Source: Terriglobia bacterium
Lineage (GTDB): Bacteria > Acidobacteriota > Terriglobia > 20CM-2-55-15
NCBI GenBank assembly: GCA_963664115.2
Contig: CAXWPJ010000010.1
Span: forward strand, 320,001 to 384,000
Direction: 5' to 3'
Length of the DNA: 64,000 nucleotides
In this document: positions 41,507 to 51,426 of the stretch, one piece after another
Position numbering within the stretch: position 1 is the stretch's first letter
Layout of the letters: each line of letters opens with the position of its first letter
Notes under the pieces: generated by a model
What the model was told of the DNA's origin: nothing
Databases searched by the model: none
The model's input: the letters and a program-made list of their open reading frames with translations, nothing else
Translations under genes and position numbers: made by a program

Positions 41507-42478
41507 CTAACGGTAGCGGACGGTGAAGTTGGTGTTGACGTTTTGGCCGGGATAGGTCTGGGACAGCGTGAAGACATCGCCTACGGCGAATGGCTGGCCC
41601 ATCGGTTCCGCGTACACAGTGTAGTTTCCGGGCGTCAATCCCTGGATCGTGAACACTCCGGTCGGATCTGTCACCGCGCTGGCAGCGGCCAGACCGTTGG
41701 GATCGAGCGCCAAAACCATCGCACCAAACACTGCGGCATTCGCCGTCGTGCGCACGGTGCCGCTGATGGACCCCAGCGCTGAGAAGGACGCGTCCGGATA
41801 GATCGTCGACAAACCAATCATGTCGTCGAGCGCTATCGTTCGGGGAAAACTGACACCTGGAAGAATCGTTGGGAACATGGCCGATGACAGTATGTTGGAA
41901 TGATCCAGTCCCAGAAGGTGGCCCACCTCGTGTGTTGCCACAGATTCCAAATCGAATCGGTCCGAAGGGGTCGTGGTGCTTAAGCTGAAGCTGACATCGG
42001 GGTTGAACATGATGTCCGCGTCAATGATTTGCCCGGCAAATTCTACTTCGGTTCCGGTCGTCATATCGGTTCCCGTACTGGTAAAGCTGAAAGCACCGGT
42101 CAGTCCGAGCGCCGTGGAATTGAAGTCGGACGTCGACACGTTCGTCGTGATGAGGTTCACCAGATCCAGGCCAGGCAACACCGAGGGATCCGTGACCTGA
42201 CCTTCGCTGAACGTCAGGTCTGAAGTCGTCACATCCGCCCATTGCTGGAACGAATTTCGAAACACATCGGCCTGTTCCCGGTCTCCGGTAACGTTGGAAC
42301 CCACGGTCGGGTTCATGCGCCAGGTGATCGGCATGAATGAATCGGCCCACTTCACTGCAATCACGTTCCCGTTTATATCCAGATTGGTTTCCGGAATGTA
42401 GGCCAGAAGCGGCACCGTCACGAGCACAAAGGCCGCGGCGACGACAATGCGTTTCCGCTTTGATGGCATCTGATTCAT
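41507..42478 (-). CDS. Secreted matrixin-like (metzincin) metalloprotease with C-terminal beta-sandwich
   Basis: HEVGHLLGLDH zinc motif plus Met-turn SAMFP; C-terminal GSISGTV...FTIQGLTPGNYTV. Confidence 0.88.
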   Translation of the reverse strand: MNQMPSKRKRIVVAAAFVLVTVPLLAYIPETNLDINGNVIAVKWADSFMPITWRMNPTVGSNVTGDREQADVFRNSFQQWADVTTSDLTFSEGQVTDPSVLPGLDLVNLITTNVSTSDFNSTALGLTGAFSFTSTGTDMTTGTEVEFAGQIIDADIMFNPDVSFSLSTTTPSDRFDLESVATHEVGHLLGLDHSNILSSAMFPTILPGVSFPRTIALDDMIGLSTIYPDASFSALGSISGTVRTTANAAVFGAMVLALDPNGLAAASAVTDPTGVFTIQGLTPGNYTVYAEPMGQPFAVGDVFTLSQTYPGQNVNTNFTVRYR

Positions 42479-43044
42479 CGACCCACTCCCGCGACCAACT
42501 CACGGATCTGGGCTTTGAACTCCTCAAGCCCCACTCTCCGGACAATCGAAGCACCCGTGACGAGCCCGGTTTTGGGGCTCACCAGATCCACGCCGCTGAT
42601 GTTCGCGGTCGCAAAATCCTCTTCGATCACATAACGGCCCTGGTTCAGACCCACGACGTGGAAGGTCCCGTTGCCTGCGTCCTTCAGGAACACGATGACG
42701 CTCGCGCCTTCATTGAATTCCGGCATACCCGGCACAGACAGGACAAGCGCACCGACCTGGCCACCCATCTGGCGTATCTGCAATGTCCGACGTCGCTCTC
42801 CTTTTAGAGGATCATCAACCCGGATCGTCGCATAGGTGAATATCAGTTTCTTTTCGCTGTCCCATTGGCTCGAGACCGACTCCACGACACCCTGGATGAT
42901 GCTGTCAGACTCGCTGACAAGATCTTCGAGATCCATATCGACGACGATGCTGCTCGCGACCGGCCTCGCCCACAGGAGCACTGCCAGTCCGAAGCAGAGC
43001 GTGAGGACGAGCGATTTTTTGTCGAGTTGGTTGCTATGCTTCAT
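42475..43044 (-). CDS. Secreted hypothetical protein
   Basis: Signal peptide; LEDLV..SD.II.G.V and GG.VG...V.GMP.F..G..VIVFL patterns; ATGA-coupled to both neighbours. Confidence 0.7.
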   Translation of the reverse strand: MKHSNQLDKKSLVLTLCFGLAVLLWARPVASSIVVDMDLEDLVSESDSIIQGVVESVSSQWDSEKKLIFTYATIRVDDPLKGERRRTLQIRQMGGQVGALVLSVPGMPEFNEGASVIVFLKDAGNGTFHVVGLNQGRYVIEEDFATANISGVDLVSPKTGLVTGASIVRRVGLEEFKAQIRELVAGVGR

Positions 43045-44525
43045 TTGATGATGATCCCTCCGGAAAGTACGGAAGTGTCCAGGTTGGAGTTCGTGACGGT
43101 CACGGTCCGGGGACCGAGCGACGCGTTGGCGGCAACGTCGATCTGAATGAATATGACGTTGCCCGAATAAGAAACGTTGGACAAGGTGATTCCGGTGCCA
43201 CTGACTGTAACGTTCGACCCATTCGCCTCGCTGATCCCCGTACCCGCCACGACAAGGTCCGTGGTCTCACCCTGTGAGACCTGAGCACTGCTGGATGCAA
43301 ACGAAATGCTTTCGAAACGATTTCCGACACCGATACTCGTAAAGTTGAGACTCCCGGCCGGCACCGGCACGTATATATCCACGCCCGTTGTCGTTTGCCC
43401 TCCCACAACACTGCTTGTGGTTTGGACAAGTTCGGTGGAGGAGCCGAACGACTCCGTGACCTCCAGAATTACGGAGGATGTGGAGGCCCCCGTCACCTGC
43501 ACGACAACCGGACCGCTGATCGCCGTGTCCGGCACCACTACCCTGAGCTCGGTCGGCGTCGCAGTATCGGGAGAGACACTCACGGTCCCCATTGCCGCAT
43601 TGAACACAACAGTGTTACTGGCCGCATTGGAATCAAAACCGCTTCCGTTCACCGTGAGCGTCTGTCCCCGTGAAACACGGGTGGGCGAAAGCGAATCCAG
43701 AGTCAGGGACCCGGACACCACCGAGCCATCCAGATTGAAAGACGGCAAGGCTGTGAAGTTTAGTGCACCGGAAAAACGCAGGGCAACCGCCACGACAGGA
43801 ATGTCGCTCGTAATGCGTAATGTTCCGACGAGTCCTGCTGTACCCTCAAAAAGAGTCGACAACGACAGCAACAATGCATGGGGGGCTGTGGCCGGCAGCA
43901 CCTGAGGGGGAGCCGTACCCAGCGAATTCGCCGACGCATCAAACAGCTCAAAGCTCACACTTGCGCCAGTCGTGGTCGAAGGATTTGCATACGCAATAGC
44001 GGTCGTGAAACCAGAGGTCTCATCCACAAAAATGTCTTGAATCGTCGCCGCCTCCGATCCCGCCATGGATGTTTCGTTGATCAAGGATCCCTGACCGGGA
44101 GTGCCTTCGAACAATGAAATGATGGCGGTCGCAGTGATCTCAGGTGTCGCATTCACAGTCGCCAGGGCCTGAATAAAACTGCCCCCTGAGGTGGAAACGT
44201 ACTTCTGACTCCCTCCAGCGGCAAGCGAGCTTGCGATCACACCTCCCGCACTCACCACGTTACCCGCACTATCTTCAAAGACCGCGCTAAACGGAGCGCC
44301 ATCCTGACCCACGAAGGTAATTGTCACATCCGCGGTTGCTGACGGGGAGGGATTCGCCACAAAGATCGTTGTTGTAAGAAAGAGCGAATCGCTCAGGGCG
44401 CCGTCAACAATCTCGGGGAAAAAGACCGTCTCAGTCTGAGCCGCCCCAACACCTGGCAAGGTGATGACCAAGGCCAGCAGTAACAGGACCTTTCCCAACG
44501 GTCCTCCGAACACTTTATCGCACAT
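43041..44525 (-). CDS. Secreted Ser/Thr/Gly-rich protein with IPT/TIG (Ig-like) domains
   Basis: Signal peptide; LSPTRVSRGQTLTVNGSGF...ELRVVVP IPT pattern. Confidence 0.75.
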   Translation of the reverse strand: MCDKVFGGPLGKVLLLLALVITLPGVGAAQTETVFFPEIVDGALSDSLFLTTTIFVANPSPSATADVTITFVGQDGAPFSAVFEDSAGNVVSAGGVIASSLAAGGSQKYVSTSGGSFIQALATVNATPEITATAIISLFEGTPGQGSLINETSMAGSEAATIQDIFVDETSGFTTAIAYANPSTTTGASVSFELFDASANSLGTAPPQVLPATAPHALLLSLSTLFEGTAGLVGTLRITSDIPVVAVALRFSGALNFTALPSFNLDGSVVSGSLTLDSLSPTRVSRGQTLTVNGSGFDSNAASNTVVFNAAMGTVSVSPDTATPTELRVVVPDTAISGPVVVQVTGASTSSVILEVTESFGSSTELVQTTSSVVGGQTTTGVDIYVPVPAGSLNFTSIGVGNRFESISFASSSAQVSQGETTDLVVAGTGISEANGSNVTVSGTGITLSNVSYSGNVIFIQIDVAANASLGPRTVTVTNSNLDTSVLSGGIIIK

Positions 44526-44679
44526 GGAAAATGCCTCCGAATCTCATTTCTCCGACGGATATTTTACTGTCTGGCCACTTTCGGCATCAATGTTCTTTAT
44601 TCGCGCAGGTCTCGGTCCTCGACTTCGCCATATGCTAGAATTTTCCTTCATTTACAAGAACCCGATAAGGAGCAACACA

Positions 44680-45273
44680 GTGAAACTACTATTGATCCTG
44701 GCACTGTTCGCCGTAGTCCCGATGGGTTTCGCCCAAAGTAACGGGAATCTGGGCCCCGGCGTTTACGCGCTCTTCGAAACAACACAGGGCGACTTCACCG
44801 TCAAACTTTACGATGATATGGCACCCAATACCGTCGAGAACTTCGTCGGCCTTGCCACCGGAACCAAGGAGTGGACGCACCCCGTCACGGATGAAACCTT
44901 CCAGGACACTCCCTATTACGACGGCATCCTCTTCCACCGCGTGATCCAAGGCTTCATGCTTCAGGGGGGAGACCCCAGCGGCACGGGAACCGGTGGCCCC
45001 GGATTTCGATACAACGACGAGTTCCATCCCGAGGCGCGGCACAGTAAAGCCGGCATCCTCTCAATGGCCAATTCAGGCCCCAACACCAACGGCAGCCAGT
45101 TCTTCGTCACCCTCGGACCGACACCCCATCTGGACAACGTCCACTCCGTATTCGGTGAGGTTGTCGAGGGCATGGATGTGGTCATGGCGATCGGCAACGT
45201 CCCGACCGGCGCCCGTGACAAACCTGTCGAAGATGTCGTGATGACTAGCGTTACGATCCAGACGGTCGAATAA
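44680..45273 (+). CDS. Cyclophilin-type peptidyl-prolyl cis-trans isomerase (secreted)
   Basis: FHRVIQGFMLQGGDP and MANSGPNTNGSQFF motifs; RBS AAGGAG before GTG. Confidence 0.93.
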   Translation: MKLLLILALFAVVPMGFAQSNGNLGPGVYALFETTQGDFTVKLYDDMAPNTVENFVGLATGTKEWTHPVTDETFQDTPYYDGILFHRVIQGFMLQGGDPSGTGTGGPGFRYNDEFHPEARHSKAGILSMANSGPNTNGSQFFVTLGPTPHLDNVHSVFGEVVEGMDVVMAIGNVPTGARDKPVEDVVMTSVTIQTVE

Positions 45274-45287
45274 AAGAATAAGAGTTT

Positions 45288-45470
45288 TCACCGCAAAGGC
45301 GCAAAGACGCAAAGGAAGAAAAGATAAAGACGGATAGGCTGCCTACATCCCGCTTAACTAGAGCTATTTGGGTTAGCAAGAAAGTTGTTGAGAACCCATC
45401 GAGCTTCGGTCAGCTGAAATCTCGACAGACCATCCCATCTTCCTTGTGCGCCTTTGCGTCTTTGCGGTAA
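45288..45470. repeat. Family-A inverted-repeat element copy 10
   Basis: Family termini; core TGGGTTAGCAAGAAAGTTGTTGAGAACCCA. Confidence 0.88.
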
Positions 45471-45474
45471 AAAA

Positions 45475-46893
45475 TCATCCTGCTGCTTCTGATCTAAGCA
45501 CTTCCAGGAATTCGGTGGCGCTGTATCCGGATCGGATCACCCGGATACCCAGTTCCCTTTCCACATCAGCGAGGGTCATATCGTCTAAGAAAAGGCCTTC
45601 CTCACCAATCATGGCCTCCGATGGCAGAACGACGAAGTCGCCATAGACCTTGTCCTTGAGGGCCGCTACGAAATCACTGCCCGTCAACAACCCGGCCACA
45701 TTGATCCCGGAGCCCCAGAACCGGTTCTCCACAACGACCGTCTTGAGATCCAGCCCCAGTCGGGCGACACATTCGGTAAGGTAGGGATGGAAGAGTCGCC
45801 CGGTACAGAGCGTTCCTTTGGAGACGGTGCCGTTTAAGGCCGCACCATCGAAGAAATCACTCACCGCATTCTCGAATTCGTCGAGAAAGGTCCGAACCAT
45901 TCCAACTCCGTTTTCAATCTGGGGAAACTCCTCATAGTGGTCACCGTCGGGAATGGCCTGACCGGCAAGAATATAGAATTCGTCGCCCAAAAAGACGAGC
46001 GGCGTCCCCAGGTCCATTTCGAAGCGCTGCTGGATCGGCGTAACGTGCGCTATCGTCCCGCGAGCATAGTCCGGCGTGACCGCTTCGAGTGTCGGAAGGT
46101 TTTCCCGATGATCGGTGAGTCCGACCGGAACCACAGCGACAGACCCTACAGACGGAAAGCGATGTGACAGATCCGCTATCGTTCGCTCCAGATGAGGGCC
46201 GTCATTCAAACCCGGACACAGGACGACCTGGCAGTGCAGGACGATTCCGGCCGCAGTCAGGCGATCGAGTTTGCCATCCAGCCCGTCGTAGGCCGTGTTC
46301 CCCAACAAACGTGTCCGAAGTTCGGGTTCGGTGGCGTGGACCGAAATATAGAGAGGCGACAAACGCTGTTCGATGATCCGGTCCAGTTCGGCGTCATCAA
46401 CGTTGGTGAGGGTCAGGTAGTTACCAAAGAGAAACGAAAGGCGATAGTCCTCGTCTTTGATGCGAAGAGATCGGCGAGCGTCGGGCCGGTTCTGGTGAAC
46501 GAAACAGAACACGCATTCGTTGTCGCACACCCATGGCTCGATGGGCTCCAGTTCAACCCCAAGACTTTCCCATTCTTCCCGTACGAATTCGTGGGTCTGC
46601 CGCTGGGTCCGCAGCGACACAGGCGCATCAAAAACCGCCATCTGGAACTGTAGGTCGATGACATCTTTGGGCGGTGTGCCGTTGACTTCTACGATCTCGT
46701 CACCCGCCTGAAGCCCGATTCGCGCGGCCAGCGATTCGGGTTCTACTCCCAGAATCCGCAAGGGAGCCGAGACGCCTTTATGCGTGGGCGGGGCATGCCG
46801 GTATTCATGCTGAGCCGACATTTTACGCGCGAGGTCCTGATCGTTGGCTTTACGGACGTAGGCGCTTGAAGAAAACTGCTTTTTCGCAGCCAT
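45475..46893 (-). CDS. PDZ + radical-SAM DUF512 family Fe-S protein
   Basis: N-terminal PDZ-like segment, CDNECVFC motif, KDEDYRLSFL.GNY.TLTN, QIENGVG. Confidence 0.85.
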   Translation of the reverse strand: MAAKKQFSSSAYVRKANDQDLARKMSAQHEYRHAPPTHKGVSAPLRILGVEPESLAARIGLQAGDEIVEVNGTPPKDVIDLQFQMAVFDAPVSLRTQRQTHEFVREEWESLGVELEPIEPWVCDNECVFCFVHQNRPDARRSLRIKDEDYRLSFLFGNYLTLTNVDDAELDRIIEQRLSPLYISVHATEPELRTRLLGNTAYDGLDGKLDRLTAAGIVLHCQVVLCPGLNDGPHLERTIADLSHRFPSVGSVAVVPVGLTDHRENLPTLEAVTPDYARGTIAHVTPIQQRFEMDLGTPLVFLGDEFYILAGQAIPDGDHYEEFPQIENGVGMVRTFLDEFENAVSDFFDGAALNGTVSKGTLCTGRLFHPYLTECVARLGLDLKTVVVENRFWGSGINVAGLLTGSDFVAALKDKVYGDFVVLPSEAMIGEEGLFLDDMTLADVERELGIRVIRSGYSATEFLEVLRSEAAG

Positions 46894-47487
46894 TCAATGC
46901 TCGAGAAGCCTGCGGCCAACGGCGAGGTACTGGAAACCCGAGACAACGGTGAGCAGACCGGTCAGGATGAACAAAAAATATATCCCACTCTCCTCGACGC
47001 CGATCCAATTGTAGAGGAGCACGGCAAACACAGTCAGGAATTGAAACACTGTGTTGGCTTTCCCGACAAGCGTGGGTGGAAAAACGCGAAAGCCGTAAGT
47101 AATGATGAACGCCAATCCACCAAGCAGTATGAACACATCGCGAAAAATCACCAGTAGAAGAAGCCAGATCGGAATAGGGTTCGCAAACCCCATCTGGGGT
47201 AGTGACAGCACAACGATGGAGCTACTCATGAGCAACTTGTCAGCGATCGGATCCAGGATCGCGCCCAGGGATGTTTTCTGCCGAAAGTGACGTGCAATAA
47301 GCCCGTCCATCCCATCGGTCACCGCGGCCACGCAGAAGGTGATCAGCGCCCAGCCCAGCCGGTTATAAGCGAGGAGAATAATGAACACCGGGATAAAGAC
47401 GATCCTCAAGAGCGTCAACTGGTTGGCTATCGTTAGAATGTTCGGCCGGTACTTCTCAACGGTACGGTCGGAGAGTCTGGTGGACAC
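46894..47487 (-). CDS. CDP-alcohol phosphatidyltransferase (PgsA-like)
   Basis: NQLTLLR and DGMDGLIAR...G.ILDPIADK motifs. Confidence 0.9.
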   Translation of the reverse strand: MSTRLSDRTVEKYRPNILTIANQLTLLRIVFIPVFIILLAYNRLGWALITFCVAAVTDGMDGLIARHFRQKTSLGAILDPIADKLLMSSSIVVLSLPQMGFANPIPIWLLLLVIFRDVFILLGGLAFIITYGFRVFPPTLVGKANTVFQFLTVFAVLLYNWIGVEESGIYFLFILTGLLTVVSGFQYLAVGRRLLEH

Positions 47488-47566
47488 GCTTTTTATCCTA
47501 AAATGAGGAAAGGACGCAATGACCTCGTCACTGCGTCCTTCAATTTTCGGCCGCTTACCGTGGAGC

Positions 47567-47995
47567 TTACTCCGCCGTCACGGGAACAACAACGTCCACG
47601 ATCTGGCGCGAGCAAAAACCGTCGGATTTGGAACAAAAGAAGTAAACGAGTTCGCCTGGAATCTCATACTCACCCGCCACGGCCGCTTCCACGGCAACAT
47701 TAAAAGCGGGCACGTCCACGTAATAATCGTCAGTCGATTTCGGATCTTCTGGAGGCGACTCCAGCTTGGCCGCATCGTGCGTCAACCCTTCAACAGGCTG
47801 CAGCTTCAACTGGATCGCCGGCACGCGGTTGATCACGTATCCGTCCAGGACGTCGAACGAGACGACAACCTCGCCGCCGGCGCCGGCTTCGATGGCATCG
47901 TCAGAATAGTTCGCTTCCATAACCTGCGGCAGTCCCCCTCCCAAAGTCAGGAGCTGGGAAAGAAGAAGGATGATTCCGAATCCAAAATTCACCAT
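47567..47995 (-). CDS. Secreted hypothetical protein, DsbD N-terminal-domain-like
   Basis: Signal peptide; C-terminal YFFCSKSDGFC. Confidence 0.55.
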   Translation of the reverse strand: MVNFGFGIILLLSQLLTLGGGLPQVMEANYSDDAIEAGAGGEVVVSFDVLDGYVINRVPAIQLKLQPVEGLTHDAAKLESPPEDPKSTDDYYVDVPAFNVAVEAAVAGEYEIPGELVYFFCSKSDGFCSRQIVDVVVPVTAE

Positions 47996-48072
47996 AATAG
48001 TCTCCTGCGATTGCCCGTACGGATGTATTCCTCACGACATCGAATGCGCTGGAAATCGTTCAGAATTATAAC

Positions 48073-49164
48073 ATGAGAATCATTTCCGTCGCGGGCGCCC
48101 GGCCCAACTTCATGAAGATCGCGCCCCTGGTCGCCGAGTGCAGCAGGGTCTCTGGAATCAACCACTTGCTGGTCCATACCGGGCAACACTACGACACACA
48201 GATGTCAGACGTATTCTTTCGGGATTTGTCCATTTCCTCACCCGATATCGATCTCGGTGTCGGATCGGCGTCCCACGCGGTTCAGACGGCCCGGATCATG
48301 ATGGAATTCGAAAAGGTCTGTACGCGGGAGCTCCCGGACCTCGTTATCGTCGTCGGTGACGTCAACTCGACGATGGCGGCAACCCTGGTAGCGGCCAAGC
48401 TCAACATACCGGTTGCGCACGTCGAAGCGGGCCTGCGCAGTTTCGATCGCGGGATGCCCGAGGAGATCAATCGCATCGTGACGGACCAGTTGGCGGACTA
48501 TCTGTTCACGACGAGCCGGGAGGCGGACGAGAACTTGAAGCGGGAAGGCGTGAACCCTGAGAAGATCCACTTCGTCGGAAACGTCATGATCGACACTCTT
48601 CTCAAGCACCGGGGGAAGGCCGATGGTCTCAACGTTGCCTCCGGGCTGGGAATCGACGGCACAGACTACGCTCTGATGACCCTGCACCGGCCGTCAAACG
48701 TAGACAACCCGGCCGTTCTTCAGGGAATTCTTACCGCCGTTCAGGACATCTCGACATCGCTCCCGGTGATCTTCCCCATTCATCCGCGTACATCGCAACG
48801 GATCCGGGAATTCGATCTCGACGCGATGGTCCACGGCAGCGTCCGTCTGACCGACCCCCTGGGATACCTTGAGTTTCTCAACTTGATGTCGGGAGCCCGC
48901 CTGGTCCTGACCGACTCAGGAGGCCTGCAGGAAGAAACGACGATTCTGGGCGTCCCGTGTCTGACGATCCGGCAAAACACCGAGCGCCCCGTGACAATCT
49001 CCGAAGGCACGAACGAACTGGTCGGGACGGATCCGGTCCGTATTCGGGAAGCTGCAGACAGGATTCTTGCCGGAAATTGGAAAACACCCCGCGTACCCGA
49101 ATACTGGGACGGCAAAGCGGCTGAACGGATTGTTGCGATACTCACCGCGAACGTTTCTGCCTGA
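48073..49164 (+). CDS. wecB: UDP-N-acetylglucosamine 2-epimerase (non-hydrolysing)
   Basis: GARPNFMK, HTGQHYD, HVEAGLRS, TDSGGLQEE and TERP motifs. Confidence 0.93.
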   Translation: MRIISVAGARPNFMKIAPLVAECSRVSGINHLLVHTGQHYDTQMSDVFFRDLSISSPDIDLGVGSASHAVQTARIMMEFEKVCTRELPDLVIVVGDVNSTMAATLVAAKLNIPVAHVEAGLRSFDRGMPEEINRIVTDQLADYLFTTSREADENLKREGVNPEKIHFVGNVMIDTLLKHRGKADGLNVASGLGIDGTDYALMTLHRPSNVDNPAVLQGILTAVQDISTSLPVIFPIHPRTSQRIREFDLDAMVHGSVRLTDPLGYLEFLNLMSGARLVLTDSGGLQEETTILGVPCLTIRQNTERPVTISEGTNELVGTDPVRIREAADRILAGNWKTPRVPEYWDGKAAERIVAILTANVSA

Positions 49165-49196
49165 ACTGCACAACTGTCGAAGAGAAGCCGAAGATT

Positions 49197-49378
49197 TCAC
49201 CGCAAAGGCGCAAAGACGCAAAGGAAGATGGGATGGTCTGTGTAGATTTCGTCTGATCGCAACTCTATGGGTTCTCAACGACGTTCTTGCTAACCCGAAT
49301 AACTCCAGTCGAGCGGGATGAAGGCAGGCTATCCCGTCCTGCTTTTTCTTCCTTTGCATCTTTGCGCCTTTGCGGTTA
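49197..49378. repeat. Family-A inverted-repeat element copy 11
   Basis: Family termini plus core. Confidence 0.88.
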
Positions 49379-49555
49379 ATCCCCTCTTAATTCTTCCCTT
49401 AAATGTCTCGAAAGCCCGGAAAAAGTGGGTCGTTGACCCGGAGGTTATGGGTCAGACGCCCATTCAGTTTCAATAGTTTAGTGGAGGACCATGACATGCT
49501 CAGTCGTCGATGGGTCGGTGACGATGATTACTCTGTTAACTTCGAGTGGGATAAA

Positions 49556-50101
49556 ATGGCACATATGGATACCAAGGGGCCGGCGACGATCGACGATCTC
49601 TATAACGTTCCCGAAGACGGGCGTAAATACGAGCTGGTCGACGGAGAGATTCTGGTGAGCCCGGGTGGGTTCCGCCACGGCCAAGTCTCCGTCCAGATCG
49701 GCTACCTGATCAAACGATTCCTGGAAGGTTCACCGATCGGCGTTGTCTGCGGCGCGGACCTCGGCATTATCTTCCCCAACGGCAACTTGAGATCTCCGGA
49801 CGTAACTTTCGTTCGTAACGAAAAGGTCCCAGCCGGGGAGGCGGCTGAGCGATTTCTTGAGGCTGTGCCCGACCTCGTGGTCGAAGTACTTTCTCCGGGC
49901 GACCACATGCGGCATGTCGCAGACAAGATCGGTGAGTTCCTGGAATCCGGTGTGTGTCTGGTCTGGTTGGTCGACCCTCAGCCCGAAACCGTCACGGTGT
50001 ACCGCTCGTTGACCGATACCCGCCAACTCCGGGGCGACGACCTCATCGACGGAAACTCTGTCCTTCCAGGCTTCAAAGCGAAAGTCTCCGACTTCTTTTA
50101 G
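49556..50101 (+). CDS. Uma2 family (PD-(D/E)XK-like) putative endonuclease
   Basis: YELVDGEI...RSPDVTF...PDLVVEVLSP...K..E..ESG..LVWLVDP...VLPGF. Confidence 0.9.
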   Translation: MAHMDTKGPATIDDLYNVPEDGRKYELVDGEILVSPGGFRHGQVSVQIGYLIKRFLEGSPIGVVCGADLGIIFPNGNLRSPDVTFVRNEKVPAGEAAERFLEAVPDLVVEVLSPGDHMRHVADKIGEFLESGVCLVWLVDPQPETVTVYRSLTDTRQLRGDDLIDGNSVLPGFKAKVSDFF

Positions 50102-50143
50102 CTTCAGCTGAACTGCAGATTACTCAGACCGAAACAAAATCTT

Positions 50144-50320
50144 TCACCGCAAAGGCGCAAAGGAAGATGGGTTGGTCTGTGTGAATTGCGTCGGACTGAA
50201 CCTCTATGGGTTCTCAACAGCATTCTTGCTAACCCAGACAGCTCAAGTCGCGCAGAACGTAGGCAGTCTTTCCGTCTTTCTTTCATTTTCTTCCTTTGCG
50301 TCTTTGCGCCTTCGCGGTGA
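50144..50320. repeat. Family-A inverted-repeat element copy 12
   Basis: Family termini plus core; flanks shared with copy 11. Confidence 0.88.
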
Positions 50321-50651
50321 ATCCCCTCTCAGTTCTTCCTAAAGAAGTCTCGAAAGCTGCGCCTTTGCGGGTCGCGGTTTTAGCGGTCTTTCACTTCCCC
50401 TCTGTTTGATTTCAGTGCGTTAACAACGGACCTCTCCGTGCACTTCTAGTCAGCGTTCCGGTGGATGGCGGGCTTGGGGGCTCAATTAACCGAAGGGCCG
50501 GTGCCTCCGACGTGATTCGCCGGAACTCATTCTCCAAATTCCTCTCGGCGGTTAGAAGGCGAGGCTGTGTATTTACAAATGGAAAGGGCCGCAGTTTCGC
50601 GGGCCGCCGGGAGGAAACACATCCAACCACTATTACCTCAAAGGAGGTTTC

Positions 50652-50957
50652 ATGTTTCGAAAAGCATTTGCAGCGACGCTCCTCTTCACGTTCCTGTTCG
50701 CCATGGCCACGATCGCGCCCCAGAGCAGTGAAGCTCAGTCTGCGACCACCATGGTCATCGATATCAATTCGGCTCCCCTGGCTGCGCTCCAAGGCATCGT
50801 TCAGGACGAGGGTCTCGCCCAGCGGATCATCGAAAATCGGCCGTATGCCAACAAACGGCAGTTGCTTTCACGTCAACTCGTGTCGGCAGAGCAATACGAC
50901 GAGATCAAGGACAGGATCATTGCTCGACGGATCGAGGATTCGGAAGACTCCCGGTAG
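50652..50957 (+). CDS. Secreted ComEA-like helix-hairpin-helix DNA-binding protein
   Basis: RBS AAGGAGG; signal peptide; IDINSA...LAQRIIENRPY...YDEIKDRI. Confidence 0.8.
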   Translation: MFRKAFAATLLFTFLFAMATIAPQSSEAQSATTMVIDINSAPLAALQGIVQDEGLAQRIIENRPYANKRQLLSRQLVSAEQYDEIKDRIIARRIEDSEDSR

Positions 50958-50964
50958 CGCGGCA

Positions 50965-51252
50965 ATGTACGCGCGCATGGTGATCGGCGAAGCAATCCAT
51001 GAAGATCAGGTTTCAGAGTTCGTTCGGATCTACGAGTCAGAAGTGCTTCCCAAGCTCCACGACGAACCGGGGTTCGAATCGGCGAACTTCATGGTCGAAG
51101 ATGGAGGCCGGATGGCGATTTCGCTCACGCTCTGGCAATCCCAGCAGGACTGCCTGAAATACCACTCCAGTATGGCTTACCGCCAGTTGGTGGAAAAAAC
51201 CCAGCATCTGTTGAAAGGCAGTTTCATCGTGCGGTTATTCCGTACCGTTTAG
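50965..51252 (+). CDS. Antibiotic-biosynthesis-monooxygenase-like (dimeric alpha/beta barrel) protein
   Basis: MYARM...VLP.L..EPGF...ISLTLWQS pattern. Confidence 0.7.
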   Translation: MYARMVIGEAIHEDQVSEFVRIYESEVLPKLHDEPGFESANFMVEDGGRMAISLTLWQSQQDCLKYHSSMAYRQLVEKTQHLLKGSFIVRLFRTV

Positions 51253-51285
51253 GCCCGAGACAGAAAGCGGGGGAGGCAAGAGACC

Positions 51286-51391
51286 TAACCGCAGAGACGC
51301 AAAGGCGCAAAGGAAGAGAGAAGAGTCAGTTTGTCTTTTCTGAAAATCATTTTTCTTTGTCTTCCTTTGCGCCTTTGCGTCTTTGCGGTTC
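51286..51391. repeat. Family-A inverted-repeat element copy 13 (minimal, no core)
   Basis: TAACCGCAGAGACGCAAAGGCGCAAAG ... CTTTGCGCCTTTGCGTCTTTGCGGTT. Confidence 0.85.
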
Positions 51392-51426
51392 AAACTTCTT
51401 GCCTCTTCATATCCATGCCTCTGCGT

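Noticed and set aside
50400-50640. Riboswitch upstream of the ComEA-like gene
   Set aside because: GC-rich stems are possible, but I recognise no aptamer consensus and there is no second copy for comparison.
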